Assembly (NCBI GenBank): GCA_028289135.1
Contig: JAQGGW010000002.1
Span: forward strand, 36,255 to 100,254
Direction of reading: 5' to 3'
Length of the DNA: 64,000 bases
From: Candidatus Saccharimonadota bacterium
Lineage (GTDB): Bacteria > Patescibacteriota > Saccharimonadia > Saccharimonadales > JACDBH01
Below, piece by piece: positions 40,767 to 48,908 of the stretch. Positions within the stretch are counted from its first letter, which is position 1. Every line of letters begins with the position of its first letter. Both the position numbers and the translations under genes were made by a program. A model generated the notes under the pieces. That model was not told where the DNA came from. It worked only from the letters and a program-made list of their open reading frames with translations, and made no database searches.

Positions 40767-41833
40767 TGGCATACAAAGTCAAAAAAAATTCACATCGTTT
40801 GCGCAAAGCTCTTATCATTTTTGTAATTATTGTAGCGGTTGTTGGCGTAGGCGCTTTGCTTGTGGTCCGCCGCATCTACACCGAAAACCTGCGGGCTGTA
40901 ACTCCAGACGTTCACACCCAAGTGGTTGTCGCTATTCCGGCTGGGTCTTCGCTAAATCAAATTGCCCAGATTTTAAAGACAAAACAGGTCATCAGGGCCG
41001 ACTGGGCGTTTAAACAATACGTCCGTAGTCACGAGCTGGGTGACAAACTAAAAGCTGGCACTTACAGGCTTTACAGCGACGAAAACGTGGGCACAATTGC
41101 GAACTTTTTGGTAGCTGGAAAAGTGGCGGTTGATCTGTTTACCATCTTGCCGGGCCAGCGGATTGACCAAATCCGTAAGACGTTTATTGACGCCGGCTTT
41201 ACGGCTGCCGATGTCGACAAAGCATTGGACGCAAACAACTACGCCGGCCACGCGGCTCTAGTGGACAAACCAGCGGCTGCCAGCCTAGAGGGCTATTTAT
41301 ATCCTGATTCTTTCCAGCGCACCGCCGACACCAGCCCAACGACCATTGTTGTACAGTCGCTCGACGAAATGGCAAGTTACTTAACCGCCGACCTTCGTAG
41401 TGCCTATGCCGCCGAAAACCTTACCACCTACCAAGCCATTACATTGGCAAGTATTGTCGAGCGCGAAGTTGCCAGCCAGGAAGACCGGGCCACAGCTGCC
41501 CAGGTATTTTTAACGCGGATCAAGCAGGGTATGCGTTTGCAGTCCGACGTTACTGTTATTTATGGCATGGCGCTTGCGGGCAAAGATACCTCCATTGTCG
41601 ACACCAGCTTTGCCTCCCCATATAACACATTTTTGCATGACGGCCTGCCTGTTGGTCCAATATCCAACGTTACCAAAAGCGGCCTTCAAGCTGTAGCCCA
41701 CCCCTCTTCCACCGACTATCTATATTTTGTAGCTGGTGACGGCTCCGACTATGGCAAGACCTATTTCTCCAAAACAATTGCCGAACACCAAGCCGCTGTA
41801 GCCGCCCACTGCAAAACCTGCGCCCAGCAGTAA
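40766..41833 (+). CDS. mltG: Endolytic transglycosylase MltG
   Basis: N-terminal TM; LEGYLYPD, ASIVERE, LQSD, SPYNT, GPISN and YLYFV motifs. Confidence 0.93.
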   Translation: MAYKVKKNSHRLRKALIIFVIIVAVVGVGALLVVRRIYTENLRAVTPDVHTQVVVAIPAGSSLNQIAQILKTKQVIRADWAFKQYVRSHELGDKLKAGTYRLYSDENVGTIANFLVAGKVAVDLFTILPGQRIDQIRKTFIDAGFTAADVDKALDANNYAGHAALVDKPAAASLEGYLYPDSFQRTADTSPTTIVVQSLDEMASYLTADLRSAYAAENLTTYQAITLASIVEREVASQEDRATAAQVFLTRIKQGMRLQSDVTVIYGMALAGKDTSIVDTSFASPYNTFLHDGLPVGPISNVTKSGLQAVAHPSSTDYLYFVAGDGSDYGKTYFSKTIAEHQAAVAAHCKTCAQQ

Positions 41834-41858
41834 CCCACTATTTAAGTTTTCTCCTCTT

Positions 41859-42046
41859 AGCTAAACCCCTTCCAGCCTGACATGACTGATCCGCACAACG
41901 GTAAGCTCCCAGTCAAAATAACAGCAAGCCTGCAGAACTCGGCACTTAACGTGCCTTCAAACAGCTTCGGCTGGATTTTGCTGTTATTTTGACGGAGCTT
42001 AGCCGTAAGTGCGGATAGCATGCTCAGGCTGCAAGGGGGTTTAGCT
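41859..42046 (+). repeat. Dispersed long-hairpin repeat family 1, copy 2
   Basis: AGCTAAACCCCTTCCAGCCTGA...TCAGGCTGCAAGGGGGTTTAGCT; homologous to the reverse complement of 17097-17287. Confidence 0.85.
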
Positions 42047-42082
42047 TGCGGACGTTTATCCCTTATTCGTAACTTACTCCCC

Positions 42083-42215
42083 GTGAAGCCCCATCCGGGG
42101 GCTTCACATGACTTTAAGCTACACAGTTAGTGTTGCGGGAAGTTTCGGCACGTTGATTTAATAGCGTAAAACTGTCTCCAGCGGCTAAATCAATGTGCCG
42201 AAACTTCCAAGGAGT
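42083..42215 (-). repeat. Dispersed two-hairpin repeat family 2, copy 2
   Basis: Reverse complement is nearly identical to 23353-23485 in both hairpins; the spacer has diverged. Confidence 0.9.
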
Positions 42216-42342
42216 AAAACGAAGAGAGCATAAAAAACAGACTTTTATGGTTGTAATGTAGAGAAAAAGGTGTTTTTTGAGGGTTTTTGAATAACAGGGG
42301 TGGAATTTGTGGATAACAGGGGTTAAAAACCTTTTGCAAGGG

Positions 42343-42371
42343 TTGACCATAATGTGGGTAGTTGATACACT
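42343..42371 (+). promoter_or_regulatory. sigma70-type promoter of the LysM/CHAP gene
   Basis: TTGACC-17 nt-TACACT with TG extension; DnaA-box TGTGGATAA at 42308-42316. Confidence 0.65.
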
Positions 42372-42377
42372 TTTAGA

Positions 42378-42570
42378 TACGGCTTTAAGAGGTGTTCAAT
42401 CTGTTTAACAGATAAGACACAGGAAGCCGTTGAATACGCATTTAATAAGATAGAACTTTTACACAATAGTGCAGTCCAGGATGAAAGCCGAGCACAAAAG
42501 TTGAGATGTATACAGAAATACATTGAGACTTTTTGTCGCAGGCTTTCGCCTGGAATGTGCATTGTGTATA
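42378..42570 (+). promoter_or_regulatory. Structured 5' leader (two long hairpins)
   Basis: Hairpin 1 is ACGGCTT/AAGCCGT with ATCTGTT/AACAGAT. Hairpin 2 pairs TACACAAT, TCCAGG, TGAAAGCC, ACAAAAGT and ATGTAT with their complements. Confidence 0.6.
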
Positions 42571-42590
42571 AGTTATATAAGGAGAAAGCT

Positions 42591-43736
42591 ATTCGTAGCC
42601 TAACCCGTTTGACTGAATTACCTAAAGATGCGACAAATTCAGCCATATCACTCAAGACGAAATTATCCCGCACAGTAACGGTCAAGCGTTACCGCAAACG
42701 CTTTATTCGTTATGGTTTATTAGTTGGTAACTTGGCAATTGTTGCTGTGGCTGCCATGCTTGTGCTGCATAATCCAAGCGATAAAATGCCACACAGCAGC
42801 GCCGCGGTTGCTGACTCGCAGGCAACTAACCCTCTAGATACACTATCTGCCGCCGACATTGCTGTAACGGCTGCTCGTATGACTAACTTGGTAGAGACAA
42901 CGGCTGTTACAAACCAGGCTGATTCGGTGGCTGCCGACCTTAATACGCACGTCGTGGACTATGCTGTTGTGCCTAAACCGCAGATCCTACCCTCTGTAAC
43001 CAAGACAAAGGCCGATATCAAAGACTACACAGTCCAGAACGGCGATAGCTTGGGCGACCTGGCTACAAAGTTTGGTGTTACAAGCGACAGTATTAAGTGG
43101 TCTAACGGACTCACTTCCGCGACATTAACTCCTGGCAACGTTTTGGCTATTCCGCCAATTGACGGGATTGTTTATACCGTAAAAACTGGAGATACGGCTG
43201 AAACACTGGCTTCCAAATACTCTGCAAACAAAGACCAGATTACGGTTTTTAACGACGCCGAGGTAACGGGTCTTAAGGCCAACGATCGTATTGTCGTGCC
43301 CGGTGGCAGCATCGCTCCACCGCCGCCAGTGACAACAACTTATTATGGGGGCAATTATGGAGGCGGTGTCGTAACGGCAATCTATAGCGGCAACGGCTAT
43401 GACTATGGATGGTGTACCTGGTATGTTTCAAACCGCCGTGCCGAGATTGGCCGCCCAGTGCCAAATAACCTTGGCAACGCTTATAGCTGGTACGTAATTG
43501 CCCAGCGCGCTGGTTTGCCCACTGGCGGCAGTCCAGAGGTAGGCGCGGTCGCAGTAAACCAAGGCGGCAACCATGTATCTGTTGTGGAACAAGTTAATGA
43601 TGATGGCAGTTTTTGGATTTCGGAAATGAATGCCAGCGGGCAGGTTAGCATGACGGACTCGCGCGGTGCTGGTGGCTGGGGTCGTATAGACTATAGATTA
43701 GTTCCTTCAGTTGGTTCTCTTAAATTCATTTATTAG
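42591..43736 (+). CDS. LysM-LysM-CHAP peptidoglycan hydrolase (start uncertain, ATT proposed)
   Basis: TM; two YTVxxGD(S/T) LysM repeats; YGWCTWYV...LGNA...W...NHVSVVE...SEMN CHAP domain. Confidence 0.88.
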   Translation: MRSLTRLTELPKDATNSAISLKTKLSRTVTVKRYRKRFIRYGLLVGNLAIVAVAAMLVLHNPSDKMPHSSAAVADSQATNPLDTLSAADIAVTAARMTNLVETTAVTNQADSVAADLNTHVVDYAVVPKPQILPSVTKTKADIKDYTVQNGDSLGDLATKFGVTSDSIKWSNGLTSATLTPGNVLAIPPIDGIVYTVKTGDTAETLASKYSANKDQITVFNDAEVTGLKANDRIVVPGGSIAPPPPVTTTYYGGNYGGGVVTAIYSGNGYDYGWCTWYVSNRRAEIGRPVPNNLGNAYSWYVIAQRAGLPTGGSPEVGAVAVNQGGNHVSVVEQVNDDGSFWISEMNASGQVSMTDSRGAGGWGRIDYRLVPSVGSLKFIY

Positions 43737-43739
43737 TCC

Positions 43740-43997
43740 ATGAAAAGTATTGAAGAGCGGCTTTTGGCTATTGAGGCGCGTAATAGGCAGGTCGAGGACA
43801 ATAAGGCTTGGGAAACTAGCTGGACGCGGCGGCTTAGTATAATGGTGCTGACTTATTTGGTCGTGGCTTTTTATCTTCACTTTGTTGTGCATATAAGCCC
43901 ATGGATCAACGCGCTGGTTCCGGTAATTGGATTTTTGCTATCTACCTTAACAGTTTCTTTTTTAAAGAAACGCTGGCTTCTTCGGCGGGGAAAATAG
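43740..43997 (+). CDS. Small membrane protein
   Basis: 85 aa, AWETSWTRR followed by two TM helices. Confidence 0.7.
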   Translation: MKSIEERLLAIEARNRQVEDNKAWETSWTRRLSIMVLTYLVVAFYLHFVVHISPWINALVPVIGFLLSTLTVSFLKKRWLLRRGK

Positions 43998-44086
43998 CAT
44001 CAAAACAGATCTGGTTGTAGTACTTTTGACATTTTTGTAGTATAATTACATAAGAATTTTGTTGAAGTTAATAAAAGGCCGTAAAA

Positions 44087-45361
44087 ATGTTTGTAGACAG
44101 AGTAAACGTTGGTATAGAAGCAGGCGATGGCGGCAATGGCTATGTTAGTTTCAGGCAAGAAAAATTTATCGACCGCGGCGGCCCAGATGGTGGTGACGGC
44201 GGCAAGGGCGGTAGTATCGTTTTGGTGGCTTCTCGTAATCAAAACACTCTGGCAAACTTCCGTTTCCAGCGCGCGTTAAAAGCACCAGACGGCGAACCGG
44301 GCTTTAAGCAGCGTATGCACGGCCGCAGCGGTATTGATTTAAAAGTTCCCGTCCCAGTTGGAACGGTTGTCTTAACCGAGGACGGTATTGAGCTAGCCGA
44401 TCTAAATGAAGACGGCCAAGAATTTGTTGTGGCCGCAGGTGGCAAAGGCGGCTTTGGAAATGCTCACTTTGTAAGCTCTGTACGCCAAGCGCCAAAAGTC
44501 GCCGAACGCGGTGAAGCCGGTGACCGACTAAACGCCGTGTTTGAGCTGCGTATGATTGCCGATGTTGGTTTGGTTGGCCTTCCAAACGCTGGCAAATCTA
44601 CGCTCCTGAGCGTTATCAGTAACGCCAAGCCAGAGATTGCTAATTATCCTTTTACAACCCTAACACCAAACCTTGGCGTTGTTGACGTCGACAAAGGCAG
44701 CTCGTTACTTATTGCCGACATTCCAGGACTTATCGAAGGAGCATCCGAAGGCAAAGGCCTTGGCGACGAATTCTTGCGCCACGTGGAGCGCACTAAGGTG
44801 CTAATCCATCTAATTGACGCCTACCAAGACGACATCCCAGCCGCCTATAAAACTATCCAAAAAGAACTGCACGACTATAAAAACGACCTCAGTACCAAGC
44901 CCCAAGTCGTGGTTATAACTAAAATTGAAGGCCTGGATGATGAAATTGTCGCTGATCTTCTAAAGCAGCTTAAAAAGTTAGTCCCTGCCAAAACCCCGCT
45001 GATGGCAATCTCAGCCCAAAGCGGACAAGGCGTTAAAGAGCTACTATACGCGGTTAAGAAACAAGTTACTGCTATCGAAAAGCTTGAAAAAGCCGCCAAG
45101 GACGAAGAAGACGCCACGCCCGTCTACCGACTGCAGCCAACCGAAACCAGCTTTAGGGTTACCAACCACGGTGATTACTTTACCGTAACTGGCCACCGTA
45201 TTGAAAAATTTGCATCACGTACGCACTTCGACGACGAAGAAGGCGAGCGCCGGCTTAAAGACATTATGAAAAAGATGGGTATTATGCGCGAACTTGAGCG
45301 CCAAGGCATAATACCTGGCCAAAAAGTCATCGTCGGATCCTATGGGGATATTGAGTATTAG
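44087..45361 (+). CDS. obgE: GTPase Obg
   Basis: Gly-rich Obg domain; GLPNAGKS, YPFTT, DIPG and TKIE motifs; C-terminal OCT domain. Confidence 0.97.
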   Translation: MFVDRVNVGIEAGDGGNGYVSFRQEKFIDRGGPDGGDGGKGGSIVLVASRNQNTLANFRFQRALKAPDGEPGFKQRMHGRSGIDLKVPVPVGTVVLTEDGIELADLNEDGQEFVVAAGGKGGFGNAHFVSSVRQAPKVAERGEAGDRLNAVFELRMIADVGLVGLPNAGKSTLLSVISNAKPEIANYPFTTLTPNLGVVDVDKGSSLLIADIPGLIEGASEGKGLGDEFLRHVERTKVLIHLIDAYQDDIPAAYKTIQKELHDYKNDLSTKPQVVVITKIEGLDDEIVADLLKQLKKLVPAKTPLMAISAQSGQGVKELLYAVKKQVTAIEKLEKAAKDEEDATPVYRLQPTETSFRVTNHGDYFTVTGHRIEKFASRTHFDDEEGERRLKDIMKKMGIMRELERQGIIPGQKVIVGSYGDIEY

Positions 45362-45364
45362 CAC

Positions 45365-45487
45365 GGGGGCTTTCGTACGTTGCACATTTTGAACGAATAG
45401 CTCCGCTCCGTTTCTCCATGTATTTCTGTATACACTCCGAATCCGGTGCTCGCTATTCGTCCAAACTGCACTAGCGTACGAAACCCC
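45365..45487. repeat. Dispersed hairpin repeat family 3, copy 1
   Basis: Core TCCGTTTCTCCATGTA..TACACTCCGAAT shared with 53386-53510; lies between convergent genes. Confidence 0.85.
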
Positions 45488-45505
45488 TTTCCGTAGGGTC
45501 CATCG

Positions 45506-46081
45506 CTATTCGTTCAAACTTTTCTTAATGTAAGTACCGGCGCCATTTAATGTACCTTCCAGGGTCGCGGTCAAAGTATAACTTTGGCACTGCGTTTTAA
45601 CATTGTCGCAACCCGATGGCAAAACTTCATAAGAATAAGCATTTTCTTTTGGCGAGTTGACAATTTTACTGTCATTTCCAAGCGGATCTTGCAATGCGCC
45701 CAAATCCAATCCTTTGAGGTTGGTGTTTAAAAAATTAAAGTCGTTTAAGTTTGCGAGCGTTGGATAATAGCCGTTCTGTGCCCAGTAGGCTTCAATCTGA
45801 CCGTGCATAGCTTTAATGTCTGTTTCGCGTTCGGTATCGCGCGACTTGAGGTTAATACTGTCCGCGCCAGGTATAAGGCTAACAGGCGCGTGTTTTTTGC
45901 CATTATTTTGGACTATCCCCAAGACGATGCTTACCAAAACAATCAGCGCCAAAACACCAAAACTAATTCCAATAATGAGCTTCTTTTGCTTTGTCATAGG
46001 CTGATGCGCCGGCGGCATTGGCGACTGCTGCTGATAAGAAGGCATTTGTGGCGGCAATGGTTGCGGGCTCTGAGGATTCAT
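45506..46081 (-). CDS. Pilin/pseudopilin-like domain protein lacking a prepilin cleavage site
   Basis: Pro/Gln-rich N-terminus and TM, then SRDTERETDIKAM...IEAYWAQNGYYP...DP...YSY...YTLTATLE. Confidence 0.65.
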   Translation of the reverse strand: MNPQSPQPLPPQMPSYQQQSPMPPAHQPMTKQKKLIIGISFGVLALIVLVSIVLGIVQNNGKKHAPVSLIPGADSINLKSRDTERETDIKAMHGQIEAYWAQNGYYPTLANLNDFNFLNTNLKGLDLGALQDPLGNDSKIVNSPKENAYSYEVLPSGCDNVKTQCQSYTLTATLEGTLNGAGTYIKKSLNE

Positions 46082-46218
46082 TTTTGTTACTCGTTTATGT
46101 TACAGCCTAATAATAACAGATTATTTTTAATAAAATGCCAGCGCTTAAAAAAACGCTTGTGTTTGCATCTACCCAGGAATATACTTCACTTAAAGTTAGC
46201 AAAAACAAAAAGGAAAAT

Positions 46219-46632
46219 ATGACGAGTATTAACAAAAACCAAGGTGGTATTATTCATCATTTGCTGCTGCTAGTTATTTTCGTAGGAGTGGTTGGGGCTA
46301 TTGGTTTTACTGGGATGAAAGTATGGCGTAGCCACCAGGCAGGTGCCAGGACGTACAATTGGTCATATCTTTATCCAAATAACGACTGGAATGTCTATGC
46401 CTGCAAGACCTCAAGTACTACAGGAAAAGTCTATATAAAAAATCAAACTGGCTATAAACTGCAAACTACAATCAGTAACTTAGGTACTATTGATGCCGCC
46501 GCGCACAATGCAAGCAATGTCTACGATGTGACTGCGATAGATGGTACGCTTACTGGAAATAGCCGGTCATTACAGTCAGGCTCGGGCACAAGTTCTTATA
46601 GTAAGCAGTTTGCCAGCCTAAACCCTTGTTAG
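46219..46632 (+). CDS. Pilin-like secreted protein
   Basis: KNQGG|IIHHLLLLVIFV atypical prepilin-like N-terminus. Start reassigned to the ATG after AGGA. Confidence 0.55.
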   Translation: MTSINKNQGGIIHHLLLLVIFVGVVGAIGFTGMKVWRSHQAGARTYNWSYLYPNNDWNVYACKTSSTTGKVYIKNQTGYKLQTTISNLGTIDAAAHNASNVYDVTAIDGTLTGNSRSLQSGSGTSSYSKQFASLNPC

Positions 46633-46683
46633 CTACTGTTAAAATAGATTCGTTTTATATTGTCGTGGTAAACTGGCACTACT

Positions 46684-48132
46684 ATGAGTGCCAGTTTTTA
46701 TTTTTATGACCTTGAGACAACTGGGATAAATTCGCGCAGCGGGCGGATTATGCAGTTTGGCGGCCAGCGCACGGATATGAACCTCAAACCCACTGGTGAG
46801 CCGGACAATATTTTGGTCAAGCTTAGTGACGATACATTGCCAGAACCCGATGCCATCATGATTACAGGCATTACCCCGCAGGCAACGCAGACGGAAGGCA
46901 TTACCGAAGCTGAATTTTTAAAGTATTTCCAGTCGCACATTTGTGCCCAGGACACCATTTTTGTTGGTTTTAACAATGTCCGCTTTGACGACGAGTTTAT
47001 CCGCCACACGCTCTACCGCAACTTTTATGACGCTTATGAATGGTGCTGGCAGGATAAACGCGGGCGCTGGGATTTGCTTGACGTGGTGCGTATGATGCGC
47101 GCGCTTCGTCCAGATGGTATCACATGGCCTGTTGGCCCGGACGGTAAAGCAAGCAACCGTTTGGAGCTCTTAACCAGCGCTAATAACCTGGACCACACTG
47201 CTGCGCACGATGCTTTGAGCGACGTTAATGCAACCATTGCCGTGGCACGCCTGCTGCGCAACAAACAAACCAAAATGTTTGACTACCTGCTTTCGATGCG
47301 CGATAAGAAAAAGGTGCAGGAGTTAGTAAACGGCGGCCAGCCGTTCGTCTATACTAGCGGCAAATATCCTAGCGCCTATGAAAAAACTACCGTGGTGCAG
47401 ACTTTGGGCGATCATCCGGGCAAGCAGGGAGTTTTGGTTTATGATCTGCGCCGTGACCCAGGCTTTCTCGAAAATATGTCCCCGGAAGAAATTGCAACTT
47501 TGTGGCAATTACGCGAAGAAGACGAAACAAAGCGTTTTCCGATTAAAACCCTGCAGTTTAACCGTTGCCCCGCCGTTGCGCCGCTCGGAGTTTTAAACGA
47601 CGAAAATAAAGAGCGGCTTAAGATTGATATGGATGCCATTAGCGCCAACAGGGCTGCATTAAACAAAATTAAAGATCTGCGTGAGCGGCTTTTAAAAGCC
47701 ATTGCAATTATGGACAAACTTCGCCAGGCAACGTTTTTGACGGATATTAAAGACGTTGATAACCAACTTTACGATGGATTTTTTAATGACGGCGACAAAA
47801 CTGCGATGGCCGTGGTGCGCGCGGCTGAAAAAAGTGAGATCAGCAGCTTGCACCTTACGTTTAAAGACGGCCGTCTCAATACGCTTTTCCCGCTTTATAA
47901 AGCACGAAATTATCCGCAAAGTTTAAGCCAGGAAGAGCGTGAAATTTGGGAAAAGTTCCGATTTAATAAGCTGGTTGGCGGCGGGGATAAGAGTGCTCTT
48001 AGCAAATATTTTATGCGTATTAGTGAAATTGCCAAGCGTCCCGGCCTGACTAGCGCCCAGCAATATCTTTTAGAAGAATTACAGCTGTACGGTGAAAGCA
48101 TTATGCCTGAACCATTAGATATGGACGAGTGA
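46684..48132 (+). CDS. sbcB: Exodeoxyribonuclease I
   Basis: DLETTG, GFNNVRFDDEFIR, DLLDVVR, HDALSDV, NRCP and YKARN motifs. Confidence 0.93.
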   Translation: MSASFYFYDLETTGINSRSGRIMQFGGQRTDMNLKPTGEPDNILVKLSDDTLPEPDAIMITGITPQATQTEGITEAEFLKYFQSHICAQDTIFVGFNNVRFDDEFIRHTLYRNFYDAYEWCWQDKRGRWDLLDVVRMMRALRPDGITWPVGPDGKASNRLELLTSANNLDHTAAHDALSDVNATIAVARLLRNKQTKMFDYLLSMRDKKKVQELVNGGQPFVYTSGKYPSAYEKTTVVQTLGDHPGKQGVLVYDLRRDPGFLENMSPEEIATLWQLREEDETKRFPIKTLQFNRCPAVAPLGVLNDENKERLKIDMDAISANRAALNKIKDLRERLLKAIAIMDKLRQATFLTDIKDVDNQLYDGFFNDGDKTAMAVVRAAEKSEISSLHLTFKDGRLNTLFPLYKARNYPQSLSQEEREIWEKFRFNKLVGGGDKSALSKYFMRISEIAKRPGLTSAQQYLLEELQLYGESIMPEPLDMDE

Positions 48133-48158
48133 CCTCACAGCTGGTGTGGGATCTGTGA

Positions 48159-48335
48159 CTAGATAGAGACGATGTCTAGAAATAACTGGTGAGTGCGGTG
48201 ATGAAATGCAATAAAGTGCGCAAGCTTAACAATAATAAACGGAGCCATAAAAGCAGTGACTACTAAGAGAAGCATATTAAAGGTCAGTTGCGCGTGAGTA
48301 CCGGGGATATATCCCAAGACGATGAAAGTTAACAT
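48159..48335 (-). CDS. 58-aa small membrane protein (MLTFIVLGYIPGTHAQLTF...)
   Basis: Translated by hand; AGGTGG SD and one long hydrophobic segment. Not in the ORF track. Confidence 0.6.
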   Translation of the reverse strand: MLTFIVLGYIPGTHAQLTFNMLLLVVTAFMAPFIIVKLAHFIAFHHRTHQLFLDIVSI

Positions 48336-48411
48336 TTAGAAGAACCACCTGATTAATTAACAGGAGTATACAACTAAATAGCATATAAAGCAACTAGATT
48401 ATTAAATATGC

Positions 48412-48828
48412 TTATGCTTTTGTTTTTAACTTGGTAAGGATTTTGTCGAGGCGCTGCCTGTTAACCAAAAAAACAAAAGCGCTAAAGCATATTACCGCGA
48501 TGCTAGCCGCCGCTAAAAAGTGGTTTTTGGTAGTAAAAAACAGATACGAAGCGCCTAAAAACAAAAAGACAGAAGCAAAATCATAAAGGTGGCGGATCCA
48601 AGGAATATCAGGGAATAAAATTGATTTAAAGCTCTTGCCCTTATGCCTAGCGGTTTCCAGCCAACGCTCGGCCCAGTCGTGATTAACGGCCAAAAGTGCT
48701 AATCCGGCCAAAAAAAGCGGTATGCCACCAGGGCCTGGCAGCCAGCCAAACAAAATAACGCCCACAAAGCATAAAACCGCCAAACCATCGAGCGCGGCAA
48801 TTTTTAAGATGTTTCTGGACTTGGCCAT
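48412..48828 (-). CDS. PGPGW-like membrane protein
   Basis: LPGPGGIPLFLAGLALLA...WA motif with four TM helices. Confidence 0.7.
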   Translation of the reverse strand: MAKSRNILKIAALDGLAVLCFVGVILFGWLPGPGGIPLFLAGLALLAVNHDWAERWLETARHKGKSFKSILFPDIPWIRHLYDFASVFLFLGASYLFFTTKNHFLAAASIAVICFSAFVFLVNRQRLDKILTKLKTKA

Positions 48829-48908
48829 GGCTTAAGTATAGCAACTTAACCATTAAGGGCTCTTAGGGACTAGAAAAAGTTATGAAATTATGCTAGCATT
48901 AATGTCCT

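Noticed and set aside
42378..42570. c-di-AMP (ydaO) riboswitch
   Set aside because: The conserved GCTGAATC and CCCGTCAGCTAAC-like segments are absent.
42220..42580. Replication origin
   Set aside because: Only one free-standing perfect DnaA box. The matches at 42457 and 42563 are the arms of an RNA hairpin, and no dnaA/dnaN is nearby.
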